NCBI RefSeq assembly: GCF_964194025.1
Contig: NC_134474.1
Coordinates: forward strand, 62,434,001 to 62,498,000
Length of the DNA stretch: 64,000 nt
From: Convolutriloba macropyga
Taxonomy: Eukaryota
Reading direction: 5' to 3'
A model generated the notes under the pieces. The model was not told the origin of the DNA and made no database searches. It saw only the letters and a program-made list of their open reading frames with translations. Made by a program: the position numbers and the translations under genes. Below are positions 49,793 through 61,728 of this stretch, one piece after another. Position 1 is the stretch's first letter, and each line of letters starts with the position of its first letter.

Positions 49793-50404
49793 ATGGGCTC
49801 GATTGGTGGGTTGCGAAACAATTTGAAGGGTGCCAAAATGCCATTCGTTTTCACGGTAACTCCTGCGAAAGACATAGATACTGCAGAGAAGCTTGTGAAG
49901 AGATTCACGAATGGCATGTGTAGCAACAGATACTACGAGAATGACTATCAGAACTTCGAGGCAATAAAGCATCAAGTCAACAGAAGAGGCAATCACCAGT
50001 TGGAGAAAATGAGGCAAATTGAAAGAGCCCGAAAGCAGAACCGAGATATAAATTCCCTGAAACAGCACAAGCTAGCCTGGAGGAAGTATTATGAGAAGTT
50101 GTGCCAGTCTGCTTCCAGAATGGAAGAGGAAATTTGCGCCGAATATAGGCTGTGGGGATTTGGTGGTTCAAACGTACAACTTCAATGCGCAAATTGACTC
50201 AAGTGGAGATACACCACACAAGAAAAGTTTTCAAGGAATCCAAGGAATCAATTACACTGTGTAATCAAGATAACCCACTGAAATACATATCCAAAAAATC
50301 CAACGAGAACAAGGCCACTGAGATAGAGTTTGTCATTTGTGCCACCAAAAGAGGTCGAAACACCCACTAAAACTGTAAGACAGAAGCTTCAATTTTTTTT
50401 GTAA
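49793..50404 (+). pseudogene. Extra ORF of the BEL element upstream of gag (134 aa open; ~203 codons with three in-frame stops); charged helical region plus CW-zinc-finger-like motif
   Basis: Reading on in frame gives LQCAN*LKWRYTTQEKFSRNPRNQLHCVIKITH*NTYP...RPLR*SLSFVPPKEVETPTKTVRQKLQFFL, ending at TAA 50402-50404 with an overlapping AATAAA. Confidence 0.55.
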
Positions 50405-51215
50405 TAAATTTATAAGATTTTAGATGGCAAGAAACCCAACCCGATTTATTTTTTTCGATATCACATTGGTTAGTAAAAATAAACTCTTCTTTGTAGAGAA
50501 AAATTGAAAGGGGGCCCCCGGAAACATAATTTTGGGAAGAAAAAACATCGATTTTGAAAATTTTTGGTAGATTTACCAAAAAGTCGAGAAAATTGATATA
50601 GTCGGTTTGTATATCAAAGAATAACTTCTGATATAGAGAAAATTGATAGAAAATAATGCTAAATTGTTCAATTTTGAAAATTTTTGGTCAATTTTGAGGC
50701 AATTCTAAAAATTTTAGAAGATCAATACTGAATACTGATAAACCGTATTATCGAGCATAAAGTTGTCCAGTTTAGTGGATTACCGTTCCGTATTCAAGAA
50801 ATTGCAAAAATTGACCAAAAAAATTGAACAAAAGTATAAAATTTTGACAAATTTGTCAAAAAATCAATTTTCCAGCAAGAAGTTTCGTAAATTGAGTGAA
50901 ACTCAATTAACACAAAAAAGTTGTGAAAATTTTCACAACCTCCGGCCAAAAAAAATATCGAATTCCCATAATTTCTCTTGTCGATCGTTTATGAACCGTT
51001 TTGCCCGCGTGCTTTTCGTCCTTTCGCTCTTTAGTTTTCCGTGTTACGATTTTTTTCTCAATAACGTCGCTCTCCCAAAACTTCGCTTTTCGTTTTCTTC
51101 CGCTACTTCTCCAGATTTCAGTGTAGTATGTCATATGTGATGAAGTATGCTGTTTTTGCTGTAGTATGTTGAGTATGCTAGTATGCTGGTTTTGTTCTTT
51201 AGGTCTTATAGCTTT

Positions 51216-51745
51216 CTAGGGTGTGATTTAATTTTATTCTCGAGTTACGGCTGGATTGTCCTTCGACTTTTCAACTTTACTAATTTACTAGCCTTCCTGT
51301 TGTAGTATATTGATTTTGCTGCTTTATGTTTGTGTGTACCTGTATGATTGCTAGTTGGTTTGGTCTTGTTGCCTTCTAGGGTGTGACTTAAGTTTATTCT
51401 CGAGTTACGGCTGGGTTGTTTCTTGACTTTTTCAACTATCTTAGTCTACAAATACACTATTGTAATTTATTCAATTTTGCTGTAGTTTGTTTAATACCGT
51501 TAGTATGCTGATTGTTTGTTTTGGTTTGGGTTTAGCTAGGATGTGACTTAAGTTTATTCTGGAGTTACGGCTAGTCAATTTCTTGACCTTTGCATCCTCT
51601 TAGTGTTCTACTGCTTTGCCGTAAATTAGTTTGTCGTTAAATTTATCGTTATAGACCCATTATGAACTATATTAGATTGTCTTGCAGTAGCTTCTCTCCT
51701 TCTTCCTGGGGTGTGACTTAAGTTTGTTCTGGATGTTTGGCTAGG
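51216..51745 (+). repeat. Four diverged repeats (spacing 160, 160, 170 bp) with a conserved ~38-nt stem-loop core in the retrotransposon leader
   Basis: Core ctagg(g/a)tgtgacttaagtttattct(c/g)gagttacggct(g/a)g; the (g/a)tgtga hexamer starts at 51221, 51381, 51541 and 51711. Confidence 0.85.
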
Positions 51746-52084
51746 TTGTTTGGTTGAGTTTTTGCTGTGGTCTGCTAACATAGTTCTTTCCGACCTCATT
51801 TCCTGTCCGTTCTTTCCCACTGTCCCGTTTCGTGGCGTTGCGCGTTTTTCGTTCGCTTTCCCGCACGTCCCGTTTCCGTTCCGTCGCGCACTGCTCGCTC
51901 GACTTCTCGTCTGTCCCGTTTCCGTTGCGTCGCGCGTTTATCGCTCGACTTCCCGTCCGTAACGTCTCCGTTTCGTCACGCGTTGCTCGCTCGACTTCCC
52001 GTTCGTCCCTTGTCTCCCTCTGCGTTGAGCGCATAGCGTTCAGCGCTCCACTTCTGTTTTTGTCGGGCACTGTGTGCTAGACGA

Positions 52085-52808
52085 CATTTTCTGCTCTTTG
52101 GGCGGTTTACAGACTGTCTACAGTGTGCTGTGTTTGGTGCCTTTTTGCGTTGGGATTGTTTTTGTGGGTTTGGTTTGATAGGAGTGTGCATATAATAGAT
52201 AACCGTTTGCAGTGGTAGTTTTGCTGGTCTTTGAAAATAATAACATCGTGATGTCTAATAGTCTTGATCAAAAAGTTGTACGCTGCAGGTCAAAGCGTGA
52301 AGCTGAATTGCATGCTATACATGAAGATATTCTTCATTTTATAAATAGTCAAAGTAGGCGAGTGAAAGTTGAACGCCTAGTAACAAAGTGCAACGAAGCA
52401 TTTATGACTGCTATAGACAAAAATGAGGACCTAATTGCATTTTCTGCTCTTTGGGCGGTTTTTTTACAGACTGTCTACAGTGTGCTGTGTTTGGTGCCTT
52501 TTTGCGTTGGGATTGTTTTTGTGGGTTTGGTTTGTTAGGAGTGTGCATATAATAGATAACCGTTTGCAGTGGTAGTTTTGCTGGTCTTTGAAAATAATAA
52601 CATCGTGATGTCTAATAGTCTTGATCAAAAAGTCAAAAAGTTGTACGCTGCCAGGTCAAAGCGTGAAGCTGAATTGCATGCTATACATGAAGATATTCTT
52701 CATTGTATAAATAGTCAAAGTAGGCGAGTGAAAGTTGAACGCCTAGTAACAAAGTGCAACGAAGCATTTATGACTGCTGTAGACAAAAATGAGGACCTAA
52801 TTGCATTT
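52085..52808 (+). repeat. ~355-bp tandem duplication covering the gag start
   Basis: cattttctgctctttgggcgg at 52085 and 52438; junction microhomology CATTT; the first copy gives the truncated ORF 52212-52538. Confidence 0.92.
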
Positions 52809-55800
52809 GCTGGAAAAACGGAGGATCCAAGTGCACTTGTTCCTTCATTAGAGTCTTACTTGGAGGCAATGACAACTAAGAATGACAAGATACTCACTTC
52901 AGCACGAAACTACATCAACTCTGCTGATGATAAAGTGAGTGAGTTCCAGGAACCGAGGGCTCCCATTCTTTCTAGACTTCCCTCAATTATGACCTCGTCA
53001 AAAGCATCTAGTCAGCGTAAACATGATTACGTAATTGCTAAGATGAAGCGTGAAGAAATTGAAAAACAGAATGAGGCAGCCATTCGCCTTGCTAAACAGA
53101 AAAAGCAAATGGAATTAGATGAACTGGAGGAAAACAACAGGAAACGGTTGGCAGAGGCAACTCTGCAAGAATTTGAATTGCTGGACGCCGTTTCTAAAGG
53201 TAGCCAATCTGAAACAACTGCAAGTGCTAGGAGCTCGATGAGAAGTGAAAAGGCTGTCCAGGATTGGATCAACACCTCACTTGCTTTAAGTTTTAACAAC
53301 GAGAAAACTGGTGAACCAGAGGTTACGAAAGACCCTCCAGAATGCCCTAGCCACAATAACGGCGAATCAGTGGAAGATCACAACACTGACATTTCACGGC
53401 ATTCCATTCCAAAAAATTGTCGAGGCAATTACTTCTTAAGCATTGAGACCTTGCAGCAACTCGACCCCTATTATACCCCACCTGAAAATTTTTTGGCTGT
53501 TGCTAACACACAGGCGCTGTACCAGGCGCACCTAAGGGCGCAAATGTTTCAAACAGGCCAGCAAGGCATGGCGCTCCAAAGCATAACTAACCAAGGAACC
53601 GCAGATAGTCAGCCGCCTTCTGTACACGCCCCAGGGGCTTCTTCACCACCCATTCAAGAGCCCGTCCGACCACAAATAAACCAAAATAATTCGTCCGATC
53701 TTTTCCCACACGCACAGTTTAAAATTTCAAAATTTCAGAATCCAGGGGACCTGGAACAGCAAGTCTACCCAAGAATAAATCGGCAAAGCATATATGCTCC
53801 CGACAACAAATTAATTTTGTCCCCCGAGCACCAAACGCCACTCTTCCTCCTTTTCCGACAACAAATCATCCAGCCCCCGTAATAAACGTTCCCTTGCACC
53901 CAAGTGCCCCACCAAGTCCAAACACTCAACAGCACAACTCCGAACCCGCCCATCCCAATGACCTTCCCATTCCGAACCCAGTCTTCGCCTCTAACCTCAC
54001 TGCTCCCATCCCACACGCCCCTTTGATTAACCAGCCTCTCGTCAACAACAATTTTCAGAATAGTATTAACCAGTACACAAAGTTGTACGTTCTGTTGCTC
54101 CTCCTGTCCCAAATATGCCCAATATCCCATTTGGCCAAAACTTTGTGCCAAATATGAGTCATTGGCGGTTTCCACAGCAAAGACCGTCAATAGTAAACCA
54201 AGACACAACCACCGTGAATAGTCTGCCTCCAAATGTACACACCCATATCGCACCATCGAGCACTTATGTTCCACTACGAATTTAACAGAATTCGCCCCCT
54301 TTGATTGATGTGCAATCACCATCAGGTGCACAGCAGGAAAACCTGATCGCGACTACTAGTAATGTTGTACCTGGTCTAGCCACGCCGGTTTTTCAGCCAA
54401 CATACCCCTATGTTGGGCCCACTCCGTTGAGTTTGAGCGGTCCGCAGGTGTCTGCACCTGGCCCTCCGATACCGGACAATGCGTCATTGATTAAGGAATT
54501 AGCTGATGCAATAACAAGCAAGAGAAACGACCCTTTGCCCGAGTGGAAACTTGCAGAGTTTAACGGCGACCCATTAAAATGGCATGAGTGGTATGGTCAA
54601 TTCAAAAGCGCGATTGACTCGCAGTCGTTCACTGATGACGTTTAGTTGACATACCTTAAAACACTCGTCAGCGGTAAAGCAAAGGTTGAAATCGCCGAGT
54701 TTGCTTACTGTGGTTTAATGTACAAGGATGCACTAAGGACTTTGGAACGTAAATTTGGCCAGCCACAGGCAGTCGTAAGTGCACACTTGGATAAACTAAG
54801 CATTTTTCCACCTCTTAAAATGCACAATAGTGATAACATCATTAACTAATCTGCAGCCATATCCAGCCTCGTTGGGGTTTTCAAGTCGTTATCATATGAT
54901 GCTGACTTGAAGAGCGCTTCCCTACTTAACCAAGCGGTACAGAAGTTACCACCAAACATGAAAGAGTCGTGGTCGCTCTTTACGGCTAAGAAGCACTGGG
55001 TTAAGCCTAACCTCCTTGACTTTAACGATTGGCTTAAAGAAAAAGCTGAGGCCCATGATCTTATGAAACAAAGCGCAACCAAGGCAAAACCTGAAGAGAA
55101 CAGCACTTCAGTAACCAAGAGCAAAACAGCCTCAAAAGTGTTTGCATCGAATTCACAACAAAGGGAAACAAAGAAGCAAATACCATCTTCTTCCACAAAC
55201 ACTTACTCTCGGTGCATTGTATGCAAAGGTAACCACCGTCTATGGGAGTGTCGAGTTTTCAAGGAAAAGACTCCAACCCAGAGAGCTAAGTTGGTGGCGG
55301 ATAACAAACTTTGTTTTTCGTGCTTAAGGGACAAGCACACTTTCCGCCAGTGCCCTCAGCCAAGAAAGTGCCGAGCAGAGGGGTGCAATAGTTCGCATAA
55401 CTCACTATTGCATGGTGCAGATAAGGTTTTCCCAACAAAACAGTCAACAAATCCCAATACTATCCAGTCTTCTGGCAACACAGGTCAAAGTAAAGCAACT
55501 ACTAGTCAACGGCCGTCTAATAAGACCACAACAATGTCATCTGTTACTGATGTTAAGGGGCTCCTTCAGGTAACGGAATTGCAGTTGGTCAATTGTCCGG
55601 TTTAGATACCAAGGCTTTAGTATTGTGTGATACCGCCTGCAGTAACTCTTGGGTGGCCGGTAGTCTCGCAGATAGACTCCGTTTGCACGGTAAAGCACTA
55701 AAGCTAACTGTCAAGGGTATTAATACCGAAGAAGTAGTTGATACTAGAGTTGTTGAAGTCACTGTGAAACCAAGAGAACATCAGGATTTCGAACCATTTA

Positions 55801-58800
55801 CCATCAAACCTTTCGTTAAGGAGAGTCTGAATGTCGGCTCAGATATCATTAATGTACAGGCTCTGCAAGAGACTTACCCACACTTAGCAGTCCTTGATCC
55901 CGTGACATATTCCTATAAAGACATTGAGATGATGCCCGGACAAGATGTCTATCATGCGATCCGCCCGTTAGAATACTTCTCTGCCGAAGAGAAGCGTTCA
56001 CCCGTTGCCGTACGCTTATCCATAGGTTGGGTCTTAAGCGGTCCGTTACCATCAAGTTCTTGTTTAACCTCAACGTGCTTTAAATTGAATATCGAACATG
56101 ACAAGGAGTTAGCAAGTCAAGTAAAGTCATTGCACGACATCGAGTCATTTGGGGCAAACAAGCAGGTCGACCCATGATCTGCAGCAGACGCGAGGGCTCA
56201 CGAAATCCTTGAGAATACCACCGTACACAATGGCCTGAGATACGATGTCGGAATGCTGTGGGCAGCAGACAACACCAAGCTCCCAAATAATTACTTCTCC
56301 CTTGTGCAACTAAAATCTCTCGAAAAACGATTGGCCAAGGATGAAGACCTTAGAGAAAAGTATACTAGTACCATCAAGGAAGACCTAAATAAGGGGTATG
56401 TAATTGAGGTTCCGGACGCTCACAAGGTTGAGAGCTGGTCTGATAAAGAGTGGTAACTACCCCACCATCCGGTTTTAAACCCGAACAAACCAGGTAAGGT
56501 GCGTAGGATGCTCAATGGAGCAGCAAAATTTCATGGCGCCTCACTGAATAAATCTTTGCTCACTGGCCCTGATCTGCTCCAAAATCTTATTTACGTACTT
56601 CTTCGCTTCCGACAACATCCATATGCCGTCTCCGCCGACATCGAGGGAATGTTTCTACAGGTTGGCGTGTTACCATCAGATCAACCATCACTTCGCTTTC
56701 TGAGGCAGGAGGACCCCACAACTAACGTTGTAGTGTATCAATATACGCGCCATATATTCGGGGCTAAGGACTCGCCCACATGCGCCAACTATGCACTGCA
56801 ACGCACTGCGAGAGACAATGCTAAGTTTTACCCCGAAGCTGCAAAAGCCGTCCTTGAAAACTTTTACATGGACAATTACCTTGACTCAGTGGAGTCTCCT
56901 GAGAAAGCCATCAATAGATCGAAGGAATTGGTACATCGTCTCCATCTCGGTGGGTTCAAGCTTACAAAGTTTGTAAGCAATGTGCCAGATCTAGCTGATC
57001 GAATTGATGGTTCTCCTCAATCTACTGAGCCCAATATTATTGTTTCATGTCAAGAGGATTCATCGCACGTGCTTGGGCTAAAATGGGACCACACTAATGA
57101 CACTTTAGTTGTGAGTCGGGGTACAAGCTGCGCTATCACCAAGTCCCTCACGCAACGCTTGGTCCTAAGTCTTGTCTCGAAAGTCTTTGACCCCATTGGT
57201 CTTGTCGCACCGTTTACCGTCGGTGCGCGACTGCTCTTAAAAGACATCTGGCTTGTCACAGGACAATTGGATGACGAGCTCCCACAGGACATGGTTCAAA
57301 GATTTTTGGTTTGGAGTGCGGACTTACCAAAGCTTGAAAACATCAAAATTCCTCGAAGTTACTTTAGTGGACCCTTTGATAATATAGAGTTGCATATGTT
57401 CGGTGACAGTTCCCAGGATATTTTAGTGCCGTCGCATTTCTTCGAGCCCGAGTAACAACTCCTACGGGCAAGATAAAAACAGAGCTTGCGTTTGTTTTGG
57501 GGAAAGCGCGCGTGGCGCCAATGAAAGTAATGACTGTCCCAAAACTCGAATTACAAGCAGCTCTACTTGTCGCTCGACTGAAAAGGGAAATTACACAAGC
57601 ACTTACTGTAACTGTTAAACAAGTATACATGTGGACAGACAGCACGACCGTTCTCCAATGGATTAACTCAAATGAAAAGCAACCAATCTTTGTCGCAAAC
57701 CGTGTTTGCGAATTTTTGGAGTATACCAGCGTTGACCAATGGAACCACTTCGCAACTATGGATAATCCAGCTGACGCTGGCACGCGTGGAATGTCCGCTG
57801 AGATTTTGCAACTAAGCAGTTGGGTCAAAGGTCCACAGTTCCTAACTAATTCACCTTTCCCGTTTGTACCGAACAAATACGTCATTAATAACATCAAACT
57901 TGGCGTCAACCAAGCAATCACTATAGAAGACACTGTTTCTCTGGTTACATCGGCCAAAAAACGGATAACTCCCGTTCCTTCATTATTTCCGTTTGATAAG
58001 TTTAGTTCTTATCAAAAGTACTTGCGCATTGCCGCATACGTTCTCCGGCTTTTACCGAAACATGCCGGCTACCGTAACCCCGATGGTAGCATTACTGACC
58101 CTACTGAGCTTGACGAAGCCGAGTTACATTCATGAACACCATTTCTTGTGTTATGGGAGTTGAGTGGTTTGTGTCAAGTAGAGGTACACCTGCCATGATT
58201 TGGTCAGACAATGGCACTAACTTTATTGGAGAGAAAGAACTCCGAGAAAGTATTGAAAAGTGGAACGTTGTCAACATTGCAGCTGAGCTCGCTCACAAGG
58301 GTATAAAGTGAAGGTTCAATCCACCCAGCGCACCACATCAAGGTGGTATCTGGGAGAGGTTGGTACGCAGCTTCAAGCGCGTGTTGTATACTATTCTTGG
58401 CACGCGTCGCCTCACAGATGAGGTACTACATACTACCTTTTGTCTCGCGGATAATGCTCTCAATTCGCGTCCATTAACACCCGTAAGCGCTGATCCGTGC
58501 GATTTGAACTCTCTAACGCCCAACCACTTTCTTCTAGGAGAATACTCCACCTGTATTCCATCTGTTGTCGGCAATAATGAGCTTGACCATCGTAAACGTT
58601 ACGCCCGTGCTCAGTCGTACGCTAATGCGATCTGGTCCCTTTGGATCAGAGAGTATGTACCGACGCTGAACCGACGCTCTAAGTGGCACACGCCTGCTGA
58701 GCAACACCTTACGACCGGTGACTTGGTTTGGATAGTTGAGGAAACCAACCCTAGGGGTTACTACCCTACCGCTCGGATTGTGGAACTCCGTTACGGCTCC

Positions 58801-58920
58801 GATAGCGTCGCTCCCTCCGCCGTTTTACGTACGTCGACCGGTTCATTCGTCCGTCCGCTTGTAAAACTTGTACCAGTTTTCCCAACATCTTCTTCCGTGC
58901 CGGAGGATGTTACAAAGTAA
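52608..58920 (+). pseudogene. BEL/Pao gag-pol polyprotein disrupted by stops, frameshifts and an integrase deletion
   Basis: Gag capsid-like LPEWKLAEFNGDPLKWHEW. Three zinc knuckles CIVCKGNHRLWEC, CFSCLRDKHTFRQC and CRAEGCNSSHNSLLH. Protease LCDTACSNSW. RT ADIEGMFLQV and YMDN (56865-56876). RNase H FGDSS, PKLELQAA, WTDS, NPADAGTRG. Integrase WSDNGTNF and GGIWERLVRSFK. C-terminal WIREYVPTL. The stop lies inside the 3' LTR. Confidence 0.95.
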
Positions 58921-59296
58921 ATGGCCGAATTTTAGCCAATCAGAATTGAGTATTTATATTCGAATTTAAAAGCGTATAAAACGTTCCAACATACGTAGAA
59001 AGTTCTGAAAAAGTTCATTTAACCTAATTTTAAATAAATATAACCACTATATGTATCGAATAAGCTGGTTTTCGGCTTGATATTTTTAGGTTTTCTAGAC
59101 AATTACCGATTAAATACGAACTGATTTCGACGTCAATGACATCAGACGAAAAAACCTGTTAAATGAACAACAAAAAATCTTGCCGCCTAAGTTTCACTTG
59201 TTGCTTTGTACATTACTAATGTTTAAACGTTGTTGCTATAAAGTAGCTTAAATGAATCCAAAAATCGGACTACAGTTTTTAATTTACTGAGTTACA
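58908..59296 (+). repeat. 3' LTR
   Basis: tgttacaaagtaaatggcc...actgagttaca, preceded by a short purine tract ggagga. Confidence 0.97.
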
Positions 59297-59639
59297 TCTA
59301 TGGTGTGAATTTTTTGCTAGGAGTCTATGATTCCAAAACCTAGTTCCTTTTTATCCAAAAATAATTGGGCCCATTCACATCTGAACGTGCAGTTTGTTCC
59401 ATGTTTGTGGACAAAGAATTAGTTGGGGGGTTAGCAGTTCGTCCGACTTCAAAGACATTTTGAAGGTACAAAATTACAGACAATGAGCGTTAAAAACTTG
59501 CGTTAAGAACGGTATTTTTGTTAACGTACAATTTATCCCGTAAAAATATCACATTTAAATTTTGGGTCTTAGATCACATATATTACGTTTGAAAAATGTA
59601 ATTTAATTATTATTTGATCGCAAGCGAGATCAATGGTCA

Positions 59640-60100
59640 TTTTCCGGTCTTTTATGCGACTTTTTGCTTGACCGTTTTTTCATCTGACCCTTTTAACTTT
59701 TTTTCATCAAGAACTGGATAAACAGGTGAAACCGAGAGGGCCTTAAGTGGCTGAGCAGCCCTCTTAATGCCCTACGCCTTACTATTCTCCATGTAAGTGA
59801 TTCACTAAAATTGTTTCGAGGAGACAATTTCATGGTGTGAAGGATGGTTCTTAATTTTAAAAAGTTTGACCCCCTCAATAACCCCAGCTCTCAGGCAACC
59901 CCCTCCTCCCACTCATCTCTTCCCCAACACTCCACCCTTCCACCCTCCTCAACCTGGCGATTTATTTGGACTGCCTCGTCTAGTCTTCCCAGCCGTACCC
60001 CCCCCCCCCACTGTCCACTCTTTGCTTGACCCCCTACACTCCGCTCACCCCCTCTTAAATCTGGCATCCCTAAGCATCAGCATTTATTACCGAAACTCAC
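59640..60100. repeat. Dispersed C-rich repeat, also at ~34228-34690
   Basis: See the 34228-34690 entry. Confidence 0.7.
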
Positions 60101-61508
60101 CGCTTGCTTTTGAGAGCATTTTGCCCAACGTTAGTTGGTTATGTTTCGTTACTTTCCTATTGGACTTTAGATATTTACTCCATTTTTTTGCGCTAACTTG
60201 CTTTGAAGTAGGATTTGCAGGTGGTTTAGCTACAGCAACACAAGATACAGAAAAACAAAAATAAAAAAGACTAAAATATGCTCAAAATTGGTGAAATTAA
60301 GTGTGTAACCTATTGTGGCATTGGGGGTACAAAATTTGTTTCCAATTGCGATTTTCATAGCTACAAATTCTATTAATGTCTATATTGCCAGGAAATGTTG
60401 GTGGAATCTGGCAAAAAATGAGTTGACCTAGATTCCAAAAAGCGTATCTATTAGACATAATGGAGGAGTAAATGATCCATTTTTACAGGGGGCACTGCCT
60501 TGTAATGGTCTTTTTTGCTGCCTTTCACAGACAACAGTGTTAACATGTTTCCGTTACCTATTTTCACTTTGTCACAGTTTTCTGTGTTGAAAACCTTAAA
60601 GGTTAACTTTAGACAACAATGACAAAATACATTTGATTTTTATCTCTAGCTTTGTCAAAGACCGTAGCCATTGTCCGCAATCTTTAGCATTAATATCTTC
60701 ACGAGACTCTTCATGTAGCCTCCATCTTTATTGCTCAATTTTATTTAATAAGTAATTGAGACCCTTTTTTGTCCCAGACTTGTGAGACCCAACTTTTCTT
60801 GTGAGCCGTGATATGGTTTCTTTTGCAAAATTGCCAATTGTCTTCTTAGTTTGCAATTAGTATTGTGACAATTACTTTAGTTTCATGCCCACTAGATACT
60901 GTAGCCAAGGGCAACAGTAATGGTTCAGACAGCTGTGACTACGTGAGTGTACAGCAATGACTGATCTTGTCAATGCTGTCCGCGCTTACTCGAAAACAGG
61001 CATCGTGGCCCAATTTGGCAGATATTTGAAAGTTTGAAGCTAATTTTATTTACTTCTGCTTACTGTCAGTATTTTCTGCTTGTCACCCGATAAAATTTAC
61101 TCTTTGCGATGTGATGCGTTCTCAAATGTTAAATTCTTGTGTGCTATCATTTCTAGTTCTAACTTGATTTCTTAGGTCTTTCCCGTTATACCCCCCTGCC
61201 CCCTCAAAATTTTAGCCCACCATTATGGTGTATCTGTTTTACTGTGGGGTTGTTTGTTATATTATAATTAAGCTAGGGGAAAATAATGGGAATGAGCCGA
61301 ATTAATTATGGAGCTACTGCTATGCAATCAAATGCTACTCGGGCCGAGAAATCGGGAAATCCGATGGATTTTGAGTACAATAATGGAAAATGATCCAAAT
61401 TACCGAACTTAATCGCAATCACCTGAAATTTTGGCACTTAGAAATGAGATCTTGATCAAAAATGTAAATGTATTAGAAAAAGATCTGGAGCAGAATAAGT
61501 TTTGCCAG

Positions 61509-61728
61509 GTGTCCAGAAGTTCCGGAGGAGAACAGTCGCTGGCTGTGTGCATTCCAGCTTGCATGCCAGGAGATGAAGAAGTTGAAAACAAAGCAGAGCT
61601 CTACAGAGGGTGCGAGATATTATTACAACCCAGAGGAGTTCATGAATGTGGGTTTGCTCATCACAAGTGGGGTTTTGATCCAAAGTTGGGCATAATTGAC
61701 GCATTCGCAACAGATGTTCTCGATATTC
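61509..61728 (+). CDS. DCDC1: DCDC1-like exon (VSRSSGGEQSLAVCIP...GCEILLQPRG...HHKWGFDPKLGIIDAFATDVLDI)
   Basis: tttgccag| and C|gtaagt. Phase 0 joins 46796 across a 14.7-kb intron. Resembles human LVLAVSM...GYPVIVQKYK...NQKWHYMKNIKALVAFHSTALD (recalled). Confidence 0.82.

Larger units (their letters stand above)
49247..59296 (+). mobile_element. BEL/Pao LTR retrotransposon with both LTRs, coding region decayed
   Basis: Two 389-bp LTRs (TG...CA); 5-bp TSD TCTAT at 49242-49246 and 59297-59301; Pao domain order gag-PR-RT-RH-IN. Confidence 0.97.

Noticed and set aside
51216-51745. Mini CRISPR-like repeat-spacer array
   Set aside because: The spacers are ~120 bp and weakly similar to each other, so this is a diverged tandem repeat.
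51626-52191. Antisense and sense ORFs in the BEL leader (Arg/Glu/Thr-rich)
   Set aside because: They are a by-product of skewed low-complexity repeats; the 160-bp period breaks the frame.
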